This document shows, one piece after another, positions 27,101 to 41,455 of a stretch of DNA of 64,000 bases. The notes below the pieces were generated by a model. The model did no database searches, was not told where the DNA came from, and saw only the letters and a list, made by a program, of their open reading frames with translations. The DNA is from Azolla caroliniana (taxonomy: Eukaryota; Plantae; Polypodiophyta), in the NCBI GenBank assembly GCA_043228905.1, contig JBHGNT010000001.1, positions 9,548,001 through 9,612,000 on the forward strand. The letters are read 5' to 3'. The stretch's first letter is position 1; every line of letters begins with the position of its first letter. A program made the translations under genes and the position numbers.

Positions 27101-28606
27101 TACCATAGGTCATTTACTTGGGTTTGGAATTGTCGTGGAAAGTGATTCGGCAATGAATGCTTGAAGGACGTCATCATACTTGTCGCCATTTTGATATCCA
27201 TCTCCTATGACTTTTTCATCATCCATCTCTTCTTCAACAAGATGGGCTTGTACATGCGTCCATGGTTGATAACTCTTGAAATTTGACTTTGTGTGACAAT
27301 CTTTGGTTGCATGATTTGTACGTTTGCATATTTTACAATAGGTATTGTTGAACCGCATTCCTCCTTGTTTTGTGTTTTGATCTTTCTTTATCCACGGCTT
27401 CGACCTTTCTCCTCTTTGGGTGAACCTTTTGTTCTTGTATGCTACCATTGCCACACTTGGAGTTGAATTTGAAGACCTTTGTGAACAAATTGTTTCCTCC
27501 TGTCTAATGTTTGCAAGAAGATCAATTAACGTTGGATAATTTATAGAGTTTTGGGTGGTTCTAAAAGTAGACCATGAGTGAGGAAGAGCTCCAAGAAGGA
27601 GACTCTTTTGTAATTTATCGTGGATTTCTAATCCAGAATTTAACACATCATCTAATTTCTTTGGCCATATTAATAGAAATTCACCTACCGGTTGTTCGTC
27701 ATTCATTTTGTAATTAACAAGCACTTGAAGTGTATGCGCTTGTTGGGCATCGTTTTTCGGCTCGTAGATAGTTTGTAAGTGCTTCCACATTTCATGAACC
27801 GTCTCCATTTTTCACAATGTTTCTCCGGTGCCATCACTTACGTGCATAAGAATTTCCATTCTTGCACACGTCTTTTTCTTCATATTCTTCAAGTTCTTTG
27901 CCTTTTTCAGGTTTTGTCGACGATCTTGAAAGTATGTCCCATACTTTATTATATTTAAAAAGTAATTCTAATCTTGCCTTCCAAATTCGATAATTTGTGT
28001 TCGAAAATTTCTCGATCGTGAATTTTTGCATGTTGAGTTGCGATGACGACATGGATTGTGCCATTATTGCAGAGGGTTGTCCGGATCAGTGCATGGCAAA
28101 CACAAAATCATCTTTCGTTACTTGACGATCTTAGACACTATGAATATGATTATTTTTCGTATGGGCATGAAAGTTAAATTATGATGGGGGCATGTGTTTT
28201 GTGATTTAAGAAAGGCATAGACTATAGGTTATAGATAATTTGGCTCTGAAACCATGTTGGAATGTTGGGAAAGAAGAGAAAGAGAGATAGAAAGAAGAGA
28301 GAGAGAGAGAGAGAGAGATGAGGGAAACTGTAAATTGTTTATTATATTAAAATGCCCTAATAGTTACAACGTTGGTGGTGCCTTTATATAGACCACCACC
28401 AATACACTTACGGTTTCCTTCTCATGAAGGAAACCGTATTCATAAGAAGTACTAACTATTAATATATATTAATATATTAATTTTTGCTTAATATTTTTCG
28501 CATCCACAACTCAATATGTTACAACATTCCACTACTTTCCACCATAGCTCCCCTCACTTTACATGTCAATTCCACAACCATACCCTAACCCTAATGTTCT
28601 TCTACA
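24170..28606 (-). mobile_element. Ty1/copia family C, decayed: 5' LTR ~28255-28606, PBS 28242-28254, gag-PR-INT-RT; RNase H and 3' LTR missing
   Basis: Gag CKICKRTNHATKDC, protease WYLDTGATNH, integrase LVHSDLCGP..FISFIDDFS, RT LHGDLDEELY and YVDD. The outer LTR boundary is approximate. Confidence 0.9.
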
Positions 28607-29072
28607 TAGACATACGAGAAAATATGCTTGAGTTCATCCCTTGTTCTGCACCTAATTACCACACAAGCACCTAATTACCATACAATTGAACATTTATTAC
28701 ACTACAAGGGATTGTAGTAAGGCTAATCAATAGTAACTATAGGTGCCCTATAGTTGGTTCTTATGTTAAGAACTATAGATATATGTATACGGTATACCCT
28801 GTAGAATGTTTACAACTGAAGTACATTAGTATATACTTATTTTACAAAACTCTAAGGTGTAGGGAGCTTCCATGTTGTAATCATGTAAGAATTTATGGTT
28901 AATGCATAACCATGATTGATTGGATAAAGAGGATTATAAACGCATAATCACTGTAAGATTACATTATCATCTCTGTTTTTTTTGAAAACACAAAAAGGAA
29001 ACTACAAAGAACTCAAGACCAAGAGACCGTGAGTATCCATATGCGCTCATTTATTATTGACTAAGAGACCAT

Positions 29073-30078
29073 GAGGATTTACATGGACTCATATGATTGT
29101 GCCACAAAGCAGTCTTCCAAGAGACCCTGTGCCAAAGCATGGTTATTTGACGTTGTGGTCCCTTTTGCCCTCATGTATAGTGCAACCATATGGTCCTAAA
29201 GCCTCCCCATGCACACTAGCTATCCAAGTTGAATTGGTAGCACAACCTCCCATGGTGGAGTACCTATGACTGGTGATATTTGTAAATAGTCCATTGTATG
29301 CGATGGAGAGATATAGAAAAAGATAGAGAAAAGAAGAGGAAGAGAAAGGACTACTTTAATACACTATTAGGAAAACAATACCATCTTCTTAGACTCCAAA
29401 AGTACTACCTTAATCTCAATGACACTAATTTTATTATATCACTATGTTTGCTTTGTTATCCCAAATTTTAATACAAGAAAGCTCTCTTTGTAAGCTTTCT
29501 TACGAATCAAACTTTGATACAATGCTCTGCCTATGATCATATTCGACCATCCTTTCCACACATTTTCGACCAAGCCCAATGCTTGCACGAATTTCTCTCA
29601 CAACCACAATGTGCACTATTGATTGTAACATTCATTGGTAGAGTTCTTGAACATTGAGAGTTGCTACTCACTTTCACATGTATCACGTGAAATGTAATAT
29701 TTTTGGTCTCATAGGTCATATTATTATGTGAGGTGTTTTATTATATCACTATGTTTGCTTTGTTATCCCAAATTTTAATACAGGAAAGCTCTCTTTGTAA
29801 GCTTTCTTATGAATCACACTTTGATACAATGCTCTGCCTATGAGCATATTCGACCATTCTTTCCACACATTTTCGACCAAGCCCAATCCTTGCACGAATT
29901 TCTCTCACAACCACAATGTGCACTCTTGATTGTAACATTCATTGGTAGAGTTCTTGAACATCAAGAGTTGCTACTCACTTTCACACGTATCACGTGAAAT
30001 GTAATATTTTTGGTCTCATAGGTCATATTTGACCTCCAAAGACGATAATAAACTCTCTCTCTCTCTCTCTCTCTCTCT
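29073..30078 (+). mobile_element. LINE family 2 3' fragment with two 307-bp units and (CT)n tail
   Basis: Matches 4500-5837 but has one fewer repeat unit. Confidence 0.75.
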
Positions 30079-31530
30079 ACCTTGAGAGAGCCTTCGTACG
30101 AAACTCATACACATCCTTCACTCCGCAACAGTTAACAGTTTCCCATATACGAAACACTCCAATCAAGGTAGATTAGGATCTATGCCACAAAATAGATGGT
30201 AGGATGAGGATTGTAGGAACTTACATAGACAACTTACAATATTGCAACGAAGTGGTAGTATTACTTCAGTACAAGCTCGCAAAGAAATGTACAAGAAGAC
30301 ACGACGTAGAATGGGAGGCATCCTAATATTGGGAACTCTACCATATGCTCATGAGTAGCGATTGCGGCACTGCAAGGAATAGATTACGAGAACCAAGACC
30401 ACAAAAACCCATCAAAGATCCTGAAACCTGGCACACATATACAAAGAAACTTTACCAAATCCCAAACCAACCACCCATTCCAATGCCTTCTACACCCCGA
30501 CCTACTGTGGGGACACTTTTCACAACCTCTAAGGTCGCGAAGGTCATAAAGAAATTACAACATAGGAATTCCATGGACCACACAGGATTACGAGCAGAAC
30601 ACATCATATATGTGAGAGAAGGCCTAATTCCCTTGCTAACTCTAATTTTCAATCGTGCCCTCGCGGAGGATTTTCCAACACAATGGACTATGAACACAAT
30701 GGCCCCCATACATCAAGGGGGGGGGACGCCATGGACCCAAATACATGTAGGAGCATTATGATAGGTCATACCCTTGCTAAATTATATGGTGCAGTAATGG
30801 AGGTAGAGCTTAGCCATTATATGGACACCCTAAATCTTCGCACACCTGAACAGGCTGGCTTTAGACGAGCCTTCTCCACTATTGATCATATCTTCACACT
30901 TAGATGCTTAATTGACCAAACTAAGGCTCGCAAGAAGAAATTATATTGCTGTTTTGTGGACTTCCGCAAAGCCTTTGACACGGTCCCTACAAAACGTTTG
31001 TTTGATAGGCTTAAAAGCTTGAGGATACGAGATGACATGGTTTGGGCCATCTACGCACTATATGAACAAGTGTCCATGTGTGTTCGATGTCCAGGTGGCT
31101 TATCCAATTGTTTCACTAGTACTATTGGTGTAAAACAAGGTTCCCCCTATCTCTGACTCTCTTTTCGGGATCTACATTGATGAGATTACAGATTTTATTG
31201 CTCGTAAGGGAGGCAATGATGTAGTCCTTGGCAATACACAAGTTCGTATCTTGCTCTATGCTGACGACTTAATTTTGCTCTTTGAATCCGAACACGACCT
31301 ACAAAGGCACCTTAATGCGTTAGATGACTTTTGCACAGAACGAGAATTGGCAATGAATCTAGGGAAAACTAAAGTCTTTATCTTCCACACATCGGCCCAA
31401 GTTAGAGCTAAGTGTAACCTAACTATCTCCCATAGCCCAGTGGAGGTGGTTGGATCATATGTCTATCTCAGGGCAATTTTTGATGACACAAGCCATAGAG
31501 GATAGACTTACAAGAGGACATGCATCCCTC
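30079..31530 (+). mobile_element. RTE-like LINE family 1, copy C (3'-truncated)
   Basis: Same 5' junction after the (CT)n tail as copy B. RT motifs present up to LYADD. Confidence 0.9.
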
Positions 31531-31576
31531 TGATACCATGTTGGGATGTTGGGAAAGAAGAGAAAGAGAGATAGAA

Positions 31577-31629
<53 letters not shown>

Positions 31630-31876
31630 GGGAAACTGTAAATCGTTTATTATATTAAAATGCCCTAATAGTTACAACGTTGGTGGTGCCTTTATATAGA
31701 CCACCACCAATACACTTACGGTTTCCTTCTCATGAAGGAAACTGTATTCATAACAAGTACTAACTATTAATATATATTAATATATTAATTTTTGCTTAAT
31801 ATTTTCCGCATCCACAACTCAATATGTTACAACATTCCACTACTTTCCACCATAGCTACCTTCACTTTACATGTCA
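31528..31876 (-). mobile_element. Copia family C LTR fragment plus PBS, between two LINE copies
   Basis: ctctgatacca (reverse complement of the PBS) followed by sequence matching 28255-28568. Junction microhomologies CTCT and GTCA. No TSD. Confidence 0.88.
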
Positions 31877-34370
31877 TAAAGAAATTACAACATAGGAATT
31901 CCATGGACCACACAGGATTACGAGCAAAACACATCATATATGTGAGAGAAGGCCTAACTCCCTTGCTAACTCTAATTTTCAATCGTGCCCTCGTGGAGAA
32001 TTTTCCAGCACAATGGACTATGAACACAATGGCCCCCATACATAAAGGGGGGGGACGCCATGGACCCAAATACATGTAGGAGCATTATGATAGGTCATAC
32101 CCTTGCTAAATTATATGGTGCAGTAATGGAGGTAGAGCTTAGCCATTATATGGACACCCTAAATCTTTGCAGACCTGAACAGGCTGGCTTTAGACGAGCC
32201 TTCTCCACTATTGATCATATCTTCACACTTAGATGCTTAATTGACCAAACTAAGGCTCACAAGAAGAAATTATATTGCTGTTTTGTGGACTTCCGCAAAG
32301 CCTTTGACACGGTCCGTACAGAGCGTTTGTTTGATAGGCTTAAAAGCTTGAGGATACAAGATGACATGGTTTGGGCCATCTATGCACTATATGAACAAGT
32401 GTCTAGGTGTGTTCGATGCCCAGGTGGCTTATCCAATTGTTTAACTAGTACTATTGGTGTAAAACAAGGTTGCCCCCTATCTCTGACTCTCTTTTCGGGA
32501 TCTACATTGATGAGATTACAGATTTTATTGCTCGTAAGGGAGGCAATGATGTAGTCCTTGGCAATACGCAAGTTCGTATCTTGCTCTATGCAGATGACAT
32601 AATTTTGCTCTCTGAATCCGAACACAACCTACAAAGGCACCTTAATGCGTTAGATGACTTTTGCACAGAACGAGAATTGGCAATGAATCTAGGGAAAACT
32701 AAAGTCTTGATCTTCCACACATCGGCCCAAGTTAGAGCTAAGTGTCACCTAACTATCTCCCATAGCCCAGTGCAGGTGGTTGGATCATATGTCTATCTAA
32801 GGGAAATTTTTGATGACACAAGCAATGGAGGATAGACTTACGAGAGGACATGCATCCCTCTCACTCCTTGAGAGACAATGCCATCAAGCATACTTTCAAG
32901 AGCCACGGACTAAAGGGTGGCTCTTTGACTCATTAGTGACTCCCTCCCGCATGTATGCATCCGTGGTTTGGGCTCCAAGACTACCATGCTTCATGTGGAC
33001 GCAATTAGAGGGACCATTGGTGATAATGTTATCACGCCAACTCCGAAACAAATCGACAGTACCACATGACATTATTAGGGTTGAGTTCACTTTACCCCCG
33101 ATGCTAGTACAAGCACTTTTTCAACTTGTAGTCTTTATCCACAGGATACATAGTCAACCACATGATAGAATATCCCATCAAGTCTTTAAGGCCTCTCGAT
33201 GATTGTATGTGTCCAGTTATACTAGCTCATGGTATGGCCTAATGGTGAGTTGGCTTCTTGCGAATGGTCTAGACATTAATAACCTCCCTCCCCTTACCTA
33301 CAACCACGCGATTGATAACACTTTAATCTATCATGAGAACCACAATAAAGTAATACACCAAGAAATATGGCAAATTTACACTCGGTATAAATGGATCACC
33401 TCACTAGACTCCCATCTAAAATGTTGTACTATAAGGAACACTTCATGCACTTCTCTAAGTTAGGTTTTATTACGCGGCCAAAATATCTAGATGTATTCTT
33501 ACCACATGCACTAAGGGTTGCCATTGGACAACTTAGAATATCATCTCACCAACTTGAGATTCAGAATGGTCATACTAATGAAGTCCCTAGGGAGGAAACG
33601 ATATGTAGGTTATGCCAAATAGAGATAGAGGATGAGTACCACTTTACATGCAAGGTGTCCCACCTACGTTGAGATAAGGGGAAAATACCAAGACATACTT
33701 GGTTCCACTCCTACCCTCCCCAAACTATTAGATACTCTAGATATAAAGAAATTAGGCAGTTACATCCTAGAGCTAAAACAACACAGAGAGAATAACTTAC
33801 AAAATGCTGACAATAATGTTGCTAATGTTCACCAACATGTAAGAAATGAAGTTTTTCAGGAACAGGGGGAGACAACGAATGTCGATACACCTCCACCACT
33901 CGGCATTTTCCTCGATGGAGCAGAAAACCAAAGAAGAACCAAACGCCCTTGGATGCTGGGTTTCAAAGCACCTCAACGTGGTGTAGAAGCAATAAAGAAA
34001 ATAAGGGAACATGAGCTACACCACCTACAAGCCATGGCTGGGGCACTCTATACACTGAGACCATGGGTCACACCCACACCAAAACCCTTTGACCTCTCAC
34101 TTCTTTTCGAGAGGCTTGGGTGGAAATGAAATTAGGCTTAGTGCAAAGTCGCTTCCTTTTATCGAGTATACCACGTTTTGTACACTACTAGAACTCTTTT
34201 AGTTTAAGTTTTATTAATTTTTTACTTTATTTTATTTTAGTTCTGATGATTGGATAAATACTCATGTTGTTGTAAACCAACTGTCTCATGGGCCAATTTT
34301 GGCCTTAAGAAGACTTTAATATATCTTTCTTTCTTCTTTCTTCTTTCTCTCTCTCTCTCTCTCTCTCTCC
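31873..34370 (+). mobile_element. RTE-like LINE family 1, copy D, with (CT)n tail
   Basis: GVKQGCPLS, LYADD and zinc knuckle ICRLCQIEIEDEYHFTC. Shares its 3' flank (ccccgtgact...tgcatctgct) with copy B. Confidence 0.9.
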
Positions 34371-34551
34371 CCCCGTGACTTGGTTGCAGGCACTGCCCCA
34401 ACATCTTCATTGCATCTGCTACAACTTGCCCAGATATTCTAGCTCGTTGCATTTGCATTGTATGTAAGTCAATGTTGCTAGAGTCTACATCGATAAGTCG
34501 TCAATTCTTTGTAGCTTTGGCTCTACAATTCTTGTCGAATTTAGGTAATCA

Positions 34552-35900
34552 AATGGGTAGACAAAATGGTGAAGAATGGGATCATGTGTCGATTCTTAAG
34601 AAGCACCCCAAAGGTATGCATGTGATGCAATGCAATATTGCAACCATACTTATGTTGGTGGTCCATAACGGATTAGAGTCCACTTATTGGGATTGAGAGG
34701 ACAAGGTGCAGAGAAATGTAAATATGCAAGTAATGATGTAAAACAACAAATCAAGAGATTAATGGGAATTGCAAGTGAGGAAGTTTTTCAAATGTTGATG
34801 CACCTATTCCAAATGAAATCAAAGTATTAATTCTACATCTATTTCTAAAAATGAAATGCATAATGTATCTCAACCTCAAGCATATAGTGAAACAAGGAAA
34901 AAAATAAAATTAAATGCAAGTGGTTCCTTACAGATGTCATGGAATATGCAATTAAGGAAAAATGTGGAAGAGGCTCTTGCAAGGTTCTTTTATGCTGAAG
35001 ATATTCCACATGGAAAAGTAGAAAGTTCATTTTCCCATGATGTGCTTAAGGCTGTTGTACAAGTTGAACCTTCTTTTAAACCACCTTTTGCATATCAATT
35101 GCGCAATAAGTATTTGAATGCAAAAATTGAAAATGTCGAACTCGATTTATCACAAATGAAAAAATATTGGAAAACACATAGATGCACAATAGTTAGTGAT
35201 GGTTGGACTAATAGTAGAAATAAACCAACTATTAACGTTATGGCATCATCTATGTATGGCTCAATATTTTTGAAATCAGTGGACACAAGTGGTCATGTTA
35301 AGATAGGAGAATACATTTTTAACATTTTAAATGATGCTATTCTCGAAGTTGGACCATTGAACGTAGTGCAAGTTTGTATGGATAACGCTTCTAATTGTGT
35401 GGTGGCAGGGGAGATGATAAAAAAAGAATGGCTATCAATTTTCTATATTGGATGCACATGACATTGTGTAGATTTTTTTTTGAGGATATAGCCAAATTGG
35501 CTTGGATTGATAATATTTTGCAATCGGCTATGAAGTTTACTATTTTCATAACTAGAAAACAAAATGTTTTGGCAATCTTTCGAAGTTTTAGTGAGAAAGA
35601 ATTGCTTAAACCTTCTAATACAAGGTTTGCATATAGTTTTATTGTTCTTTAGAATTTGATAGATGAGAGAGTATATGGTGGTTTGAGAAGAATGATACTC
35701 AGTGAATAATGGGCAAATCGAAGGGATCTAAAACAAAGAAGGTTGAGGAGATAGTTACAATTATTTTGATGCTAGATTTTGGTCAGATGTGAAGCTGATA
35801 GTCACATTATGCAGGCCAATTTTGAAATTACTTCGTTTAGCAGATAGGGAGGGTGCTACTATTGAATTGATTTATGATCTTACGTAACAAATGATGGAGC
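34552..35900 (+). pseudogene. hAT-superfamily transposase relic (BED-finger-like N-terminus, DUF659-type core)
   Basis: W.HV...MQCN, ALARFFYAEDIP, CTIVSDGWTN...INVM, FLKSVD, NVVQVCMDNASNC and LLKPSNTRFA. Contains stops and frameshifts; 3'-truncated. Confidence 0.85.
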
Positions 35901-36442
35901 TGCCTGCGAGCCCAAGAAGTTTGGACAATGAGCTTAAGAATCTTGGCTCGGTACGGGGTTGATGTTCATGTATCGAGCACAACAACTATTTGGTTGGCTA
36001 GTGTCAGAGTTAGATCCTAATGTAAGCATGAGGTAAGGATAAAATATATAGAAAAATAAGAGAGGGGAGAGAAAGAAGGGTGCCAATCCACCCAACCACC
36101 CCCGAGTGAAGGGATTGAGACAGACTTGAGCCTTGATCAGCGTCCCATACCACTGTTGGGGCGTCGAGACGACTATGTCGACATTATCAAGTGCTAGAGT
36201 AGACGTGCTTTGTAGATTCTCTCTTCTCCACTTTCTACTTGTGCCTTCAACATCCTTAACCATCTCTAAAGAGTACTTCCCAGTAAATGCATCTTTGGAC
36301 ATGATACCAATGAATTATAATAGACTTCACTTGATTGCCTTCATCATCCTTAATAATTTCAATGATTTTGGCAATCCGGAAGGGATGACCCAACTTATCA
36401 CCCCCAACTAATTTTGCAACCAACATACCAACTTGTAGCTCA

Positions 36443-39400
36443 TGTTGGAAGACAGGTCCCCCCGGATGGGAAGGGAGAAGAACAGTGCCCGAAACCGGAT
36501 GACGAGTACCCGGCTACGGAGAGCCAGATGGTGCAGACCCGGTGAGAACCGGATGAGGAGTACCCGGCTACGGAGAGCCGGATGGTGCAGACCCGGTGAG
36601 GAGTGCTCACCGGATGAAGAGACATATTCGTAAATATGTTTCGGAGAGTCCATCATGGCTATATTTGTAAATAGCCGAAAAGTCATATTAGTATAAATAT
36701 GACTTAGGGCAAACTTTTAAAAAAAGGTTGTTATTCTTGTTGGTGCAAGAAGAGAGAGAGTGTGTAACTGTGTACAAAGAGAGAGAGAGAGAGAGAGAGA
36801 ACGAGGTCGTTGCCTCTGTTGAAACCGCCGCCTGTGGCGAAGATCGTGAGCACGAGGTCGTTGCCTCCGTGAACTCACTGTTGTACATTCTAACATAGTG
36901 ATAGTTTGCAGCCTGTGGGCTGCCGTGGTTTTTTCCCTAGTTTGGGTTTTTCCACGTAAACATCATGTCTACTCTTTTCTTCACTGTGTCGTGCATTTAT
37001 CTCCCGTTTTCTGTGTATGATTCTAAGCTCGGTTGTGGCCGAGTGTTGCGTATACGGAGCGTGCAGTTCCTGTCAAGTGGTATCAGAGCAAAACGACACA
37101 AAAAATGAACGATTCGTTGGGAGGCATGTTCAAGCTCACCGGCTCCAACTATTCGGTGTGGAAGTCGAAGATGAGGGACATGCTCGTGGTTAAAAACCTC
37201 TGGCTACCGGTTCAATTCGGGGACAAGAGACCGGACAAAATCGACGCCGCGATATGGGAGGTGATGCACATGAAGACAACGGCGTACATACGGTGCTTCA
37301 TCGACATGAGCCTGTACAACAACTTCAATGAAGAGAGCAAGGCTCATGAGCTCTGGGAGAAGATCGGCATAATGTTTCAAAACAAAAATGATGTTAATCA
37401 GCTTTCGGTATTCCGGAAGCTAGTAAGACTCCAGTACCAAGATGGCTCCAGCATGGCGGAGCACATCATTGGAAGTACCTCTCACCGACGAGGTACTAGC
37501 GCTACTCCTGCTCGGTTCCCTCCCGGATAGCTCGGAGACGTTGGTTGTCACTTTGGACAACGATGGGCCGGAAGGGAAACGGTTATCCCTAGCAAGAGTA
37601 AAGTCGAGCTTGCTAGATGAGGAGGCGCGTCGGAAAGATAAAGATACGAGCTCCGACTCCAAAGCGCTCCTTAACGAATCGGAACGTGGAAAACAAAGTA
37701 GGGGACACGGTCAAAGTCAAGGGGGAGACCTACTTGCTTCTATTGCGGCAAGCCGGGATACTTCCAGAAGAACTGTCGGCATTTCCGAAAGGACAAGGAA
37801 ACCGACGGTACCGATTCGAAGCGGATACCGGACCGAAACGGTAAAGACCGGAGGGGAATGGACCGGAAGGGGACGACGGCAATCGCGGCAAGTGAAGAAG
37901 AGTTAATGCTCATCACCGAGGAGAGTGAGATAAACCTTGCCGGCGACGAGATGACCTAGGTGGTAGACTCCGGAGCGTCGTTCCACCTTACCCCGGACCG
38001 GAAATGCTTCTCATTCTACTCAGCCTGTGATCACGGCTGTGTCCGGATGGGGAATGAAGGTACATGCCGAATTGTCGGCATAGGAGACGTGTGGTTGACA
38101 ACACCAACCGGATGCAAGTTGCTGCTGAAGGATGTCCGACACGTTCCGGAGGTTTGTCTAAACCTGATATCAACCGGTCGGCTAGATGATGAAGGCTACA
38201 CGGGTAGCATCCGGAACGGTGTCATGAAGTTCAGCAAATGGAGCCTGATTGTGGCTCGGGCCCGGAAGGTCAACACACTGTACCTGATGAATGCCCGGTT
38301 ATGTCCGGAAGAAGTGAACGTGGCATCTGACACTGCCGGTGAGTTGTGGCACAAGAGGCTATGTCATATGAGCGAGAACGGGATGAAGAGGCTTGCAGAC
38401 GACAACCTCATTCTAGTGAAGAACGTGCACTTGGAGAAGTGCACTGATGAGATGTAATGCACCACTGGAGTTGGTGCATATGGATGTGTGTCAAGTAGAC
38501 ACGAAGTCATATGCCGGAGCACAGCACTTTGTGACGTTCATAGATGACCACAGCCGGAAGTTGTGGGCCACACCGTTGAAGACGAAGGATCAGGTGCTAT
38601 CCATCTTCAAAGAGCTCCACGTGAGAGTGGAAAGAGAAACCGGTCAGAAGCTGAAGGCGGTTCGAGCAAATAACGGAGGAGAATACCGGGGGTAGTTCGA
38701 GGAGTACTGCCGCTCAAAGGGAATCCGGCACGAATTTACCGTGCCGAAGACGCCAGAACTAAACGGACTGGCCGAGAGGATGAACCGGACCATAATGGAG
38801 AGGGTCCGGAGTATGCTAGCACATGCAAAACTACCCAAGAAGTTTTGGGCTGAGGCATTGTCGACGGCGACATATGTGATAAATAGATCACCCTTAGTAC
38901 CCTTGGACGGAGACACGCCACAGAGAGTATGGACCGGTAAGGAAGTATCCTACTGGCATCTGAAGGTGTTCGGGTGTCTTGCGTACGTGCATGTAGGTAA
39001 GGACCAGAGAGGAAAGTTAGATCCAAAGACCCGGCCATGCATATTCCTCGGTTACGATGACGATGAGTTTGGCTACCGAGTGTGGGACCTGGTTGACAAG
39101 AAGGTATTCCGGAGTCGAGATATTATCTTCATGGAGGACAAGACGCTCGCCGATTGGGAGTCGGAGAAGAAGATAATGAACTCCGAGTCGACCGGTAAGG
39201 ATCGACTCTACGATGAGTAGACCCAACCGGCAAGCGACCGGTTAGCACTCGAGGGGCCAGCCGGTTACGGTGAGGATACTGAACATGCCAAAGAAGAAGT
39301 GGAGGAAGCTGAAACCGGAACCGGCCAAGACCCCGAATTGGATTCGGATGAAGAGCAACTGGAGGAGCCGGTTACCGAAGGCCGAAGACGGGGATATCCT

Positions 39401-41411
39401 CTCAGAGAGAGAAGGCTGCCCTAGAGATTTCCGGATGCAGAGCATGTTCTGCTGACCGATGAGGGGGAGCCGGAAAGCTTCGAAGAAGCGAAGGATGACA
39501 CCCATACCCACAAATGGTTAAGTGCCATGCAGGATGAGATGGATTCCCTGCATGAGAACCATACATACGAATTGGTGGAGTTGCTGAAAGGAAAGCGGGC
39601 ACTCCGAAACAAGTGGGTGTACAAGTTGAAACCGGGAGATGCCGGCAACCCCCGAGATACAAAGCTAGGATCGTGGTGAAGGGGTTCCAGCAGAAAAAGG
39701 GCGTGGACTTTGACGAGATATTTGCCCTGGTAGTAAAGATGACCTCCATCCAGATGGTGCTGAGTATAGCGGCAAGCATGGACCTCGAGGTAGAACAGCT
39801 GGACGTGAAGACGGAATTTCTTCACAGCAACCTCGAAGAGGAGATCTACATGCAGCAACCGGAGGGATTTGTGGGAAGGAGCACCTGGTATGCCGGCTGA
39901 AGAAGAGCCTGTACGGACTAAAGCAGGCTCCCCGACAATGGTACCAGAAGTTTGATTCCTTCATGACCGATCAAGGGTACCACAAGACGCAGGCCGATCA
40001 CTGCGTGTTTGTGAAGAAGTTCAAAGGAGGCGACTTCTGTACGTGGACGACATGTTGATCGTCGGACGGGATCAAGCCAAAATACGGATGCTGAAGAAGG
40101 CTCTCAACCGGACCTTCTCAATGAAAGACTTGGGTCCGGCAAGACAGATGCTGGGGATGCATATTATTCGGAACCGGTCAATGAAGCAATTATGGTTGTC
40201 ACAGGAGAAGTACATGACAAAGGTGCTTCAGCAGTTCAACATGTCAGATGCGAAACCGGTCGGATCGACACTTCCGGCAAACTGCAGGCTATCCGGTAAG
40301 CAAAGCCCGAAGACGAAAGCAGAGAAGGTGGATATGATGAAGATTCCATATGCCTCTGTCGTCGGGAGCTTGATGTACGTAATGGTGTGTACCCGATCGG
40401 ATATAGGATACGTAGTCGGAGTGGTGAGCCGGTTTATGAGCAATCCCGGTAAGGAGCACTGGAATGTGGTCAAATGGATACTCCGGTATTTTAACGGCAC
40501 CTCAAATATGTGTCTCCGATTCGGCTCCGGAAAACCTCAACTTGACGGTTTCACCGATTCGGACATGTCGGCTGATGTGGATACCAGCCGGTCTACATCC
40601 GGGTATGTAATGACATATGTAGGGGGAGCTGTCTCGTGGCAATCGAGGCTGCAGAAGACAGTTGCATTGTCAACCACGGAGGCGGAGTACATGGCGGCTG
40701 TGGAAGTCGGCAAGGAAATATTATGGATGAAGGACTTCATCGGAGAGCTCGGTATCTGACAAGATGAATACCGACTCTATTGCGACAGTCAAAGTGCCAT
40801 CCATCTTGCTAAGAATGCGGCCTACCATTCCCGGACGAAGCATATCCAGCGAAGATATCACTGGATCTGGGAAAGAGTAGATGACCAGGAGTTCGCACTA
40901 ACGAAGATCCACACGACCGAGAACGGGTCAGATATGCTGACCAAAGTGCTGATACCCGACAAGCTGGATGCATGCCGAAAGATGATCGGACTAGTAAGAC
41001 ACCCCATGCCAGAGTGAAGGGGGAGTTTTTTGGAAGACAGGTCCCTTCGGATGGGAAGGGAGAAGAACAGTGCCCGAAACCGGATGACGAGTACCCGGCT
41101 ACGGAGAGCCGGATGGTGCAGACCCAGTGAGAACCGGATGAGGAGTACCCAGCTACGGAGAGTCGGATGGTGCAAACCTGGTGAGAACCGGATGAGGAGT
41201 ACCCGGCTACGGAGAGCCGGATGGTGCAGACCCGGTGAGGAGTGCTCACCGGATGAAGAGACATATTCGTAAATATGTTTCGGAGAGTCCATCATGGCTA
41301 TATTTGTAAATAGCCGAAAAGTCGTATTAGTATAAATATGCCTTAGGGCAAACTTTTAAAAAAAGGTTGTTATTCTTGTTGGTGCAAGAAGAGAGAGTGT
41401 GTGTAACTGTG

Positions 41412-41455
<44 letters not shown>

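Noticed and set aside
31539-31876. Ordinary solo LTR
   Set aside because: It includes the PBS, lacks the outer LTR end and has no TSD.
35890-35945. Left TIR of the Sola-like element
   Set aside because: hAT similarity ends near here, but no matching inverted end or TSD is visible in the window.
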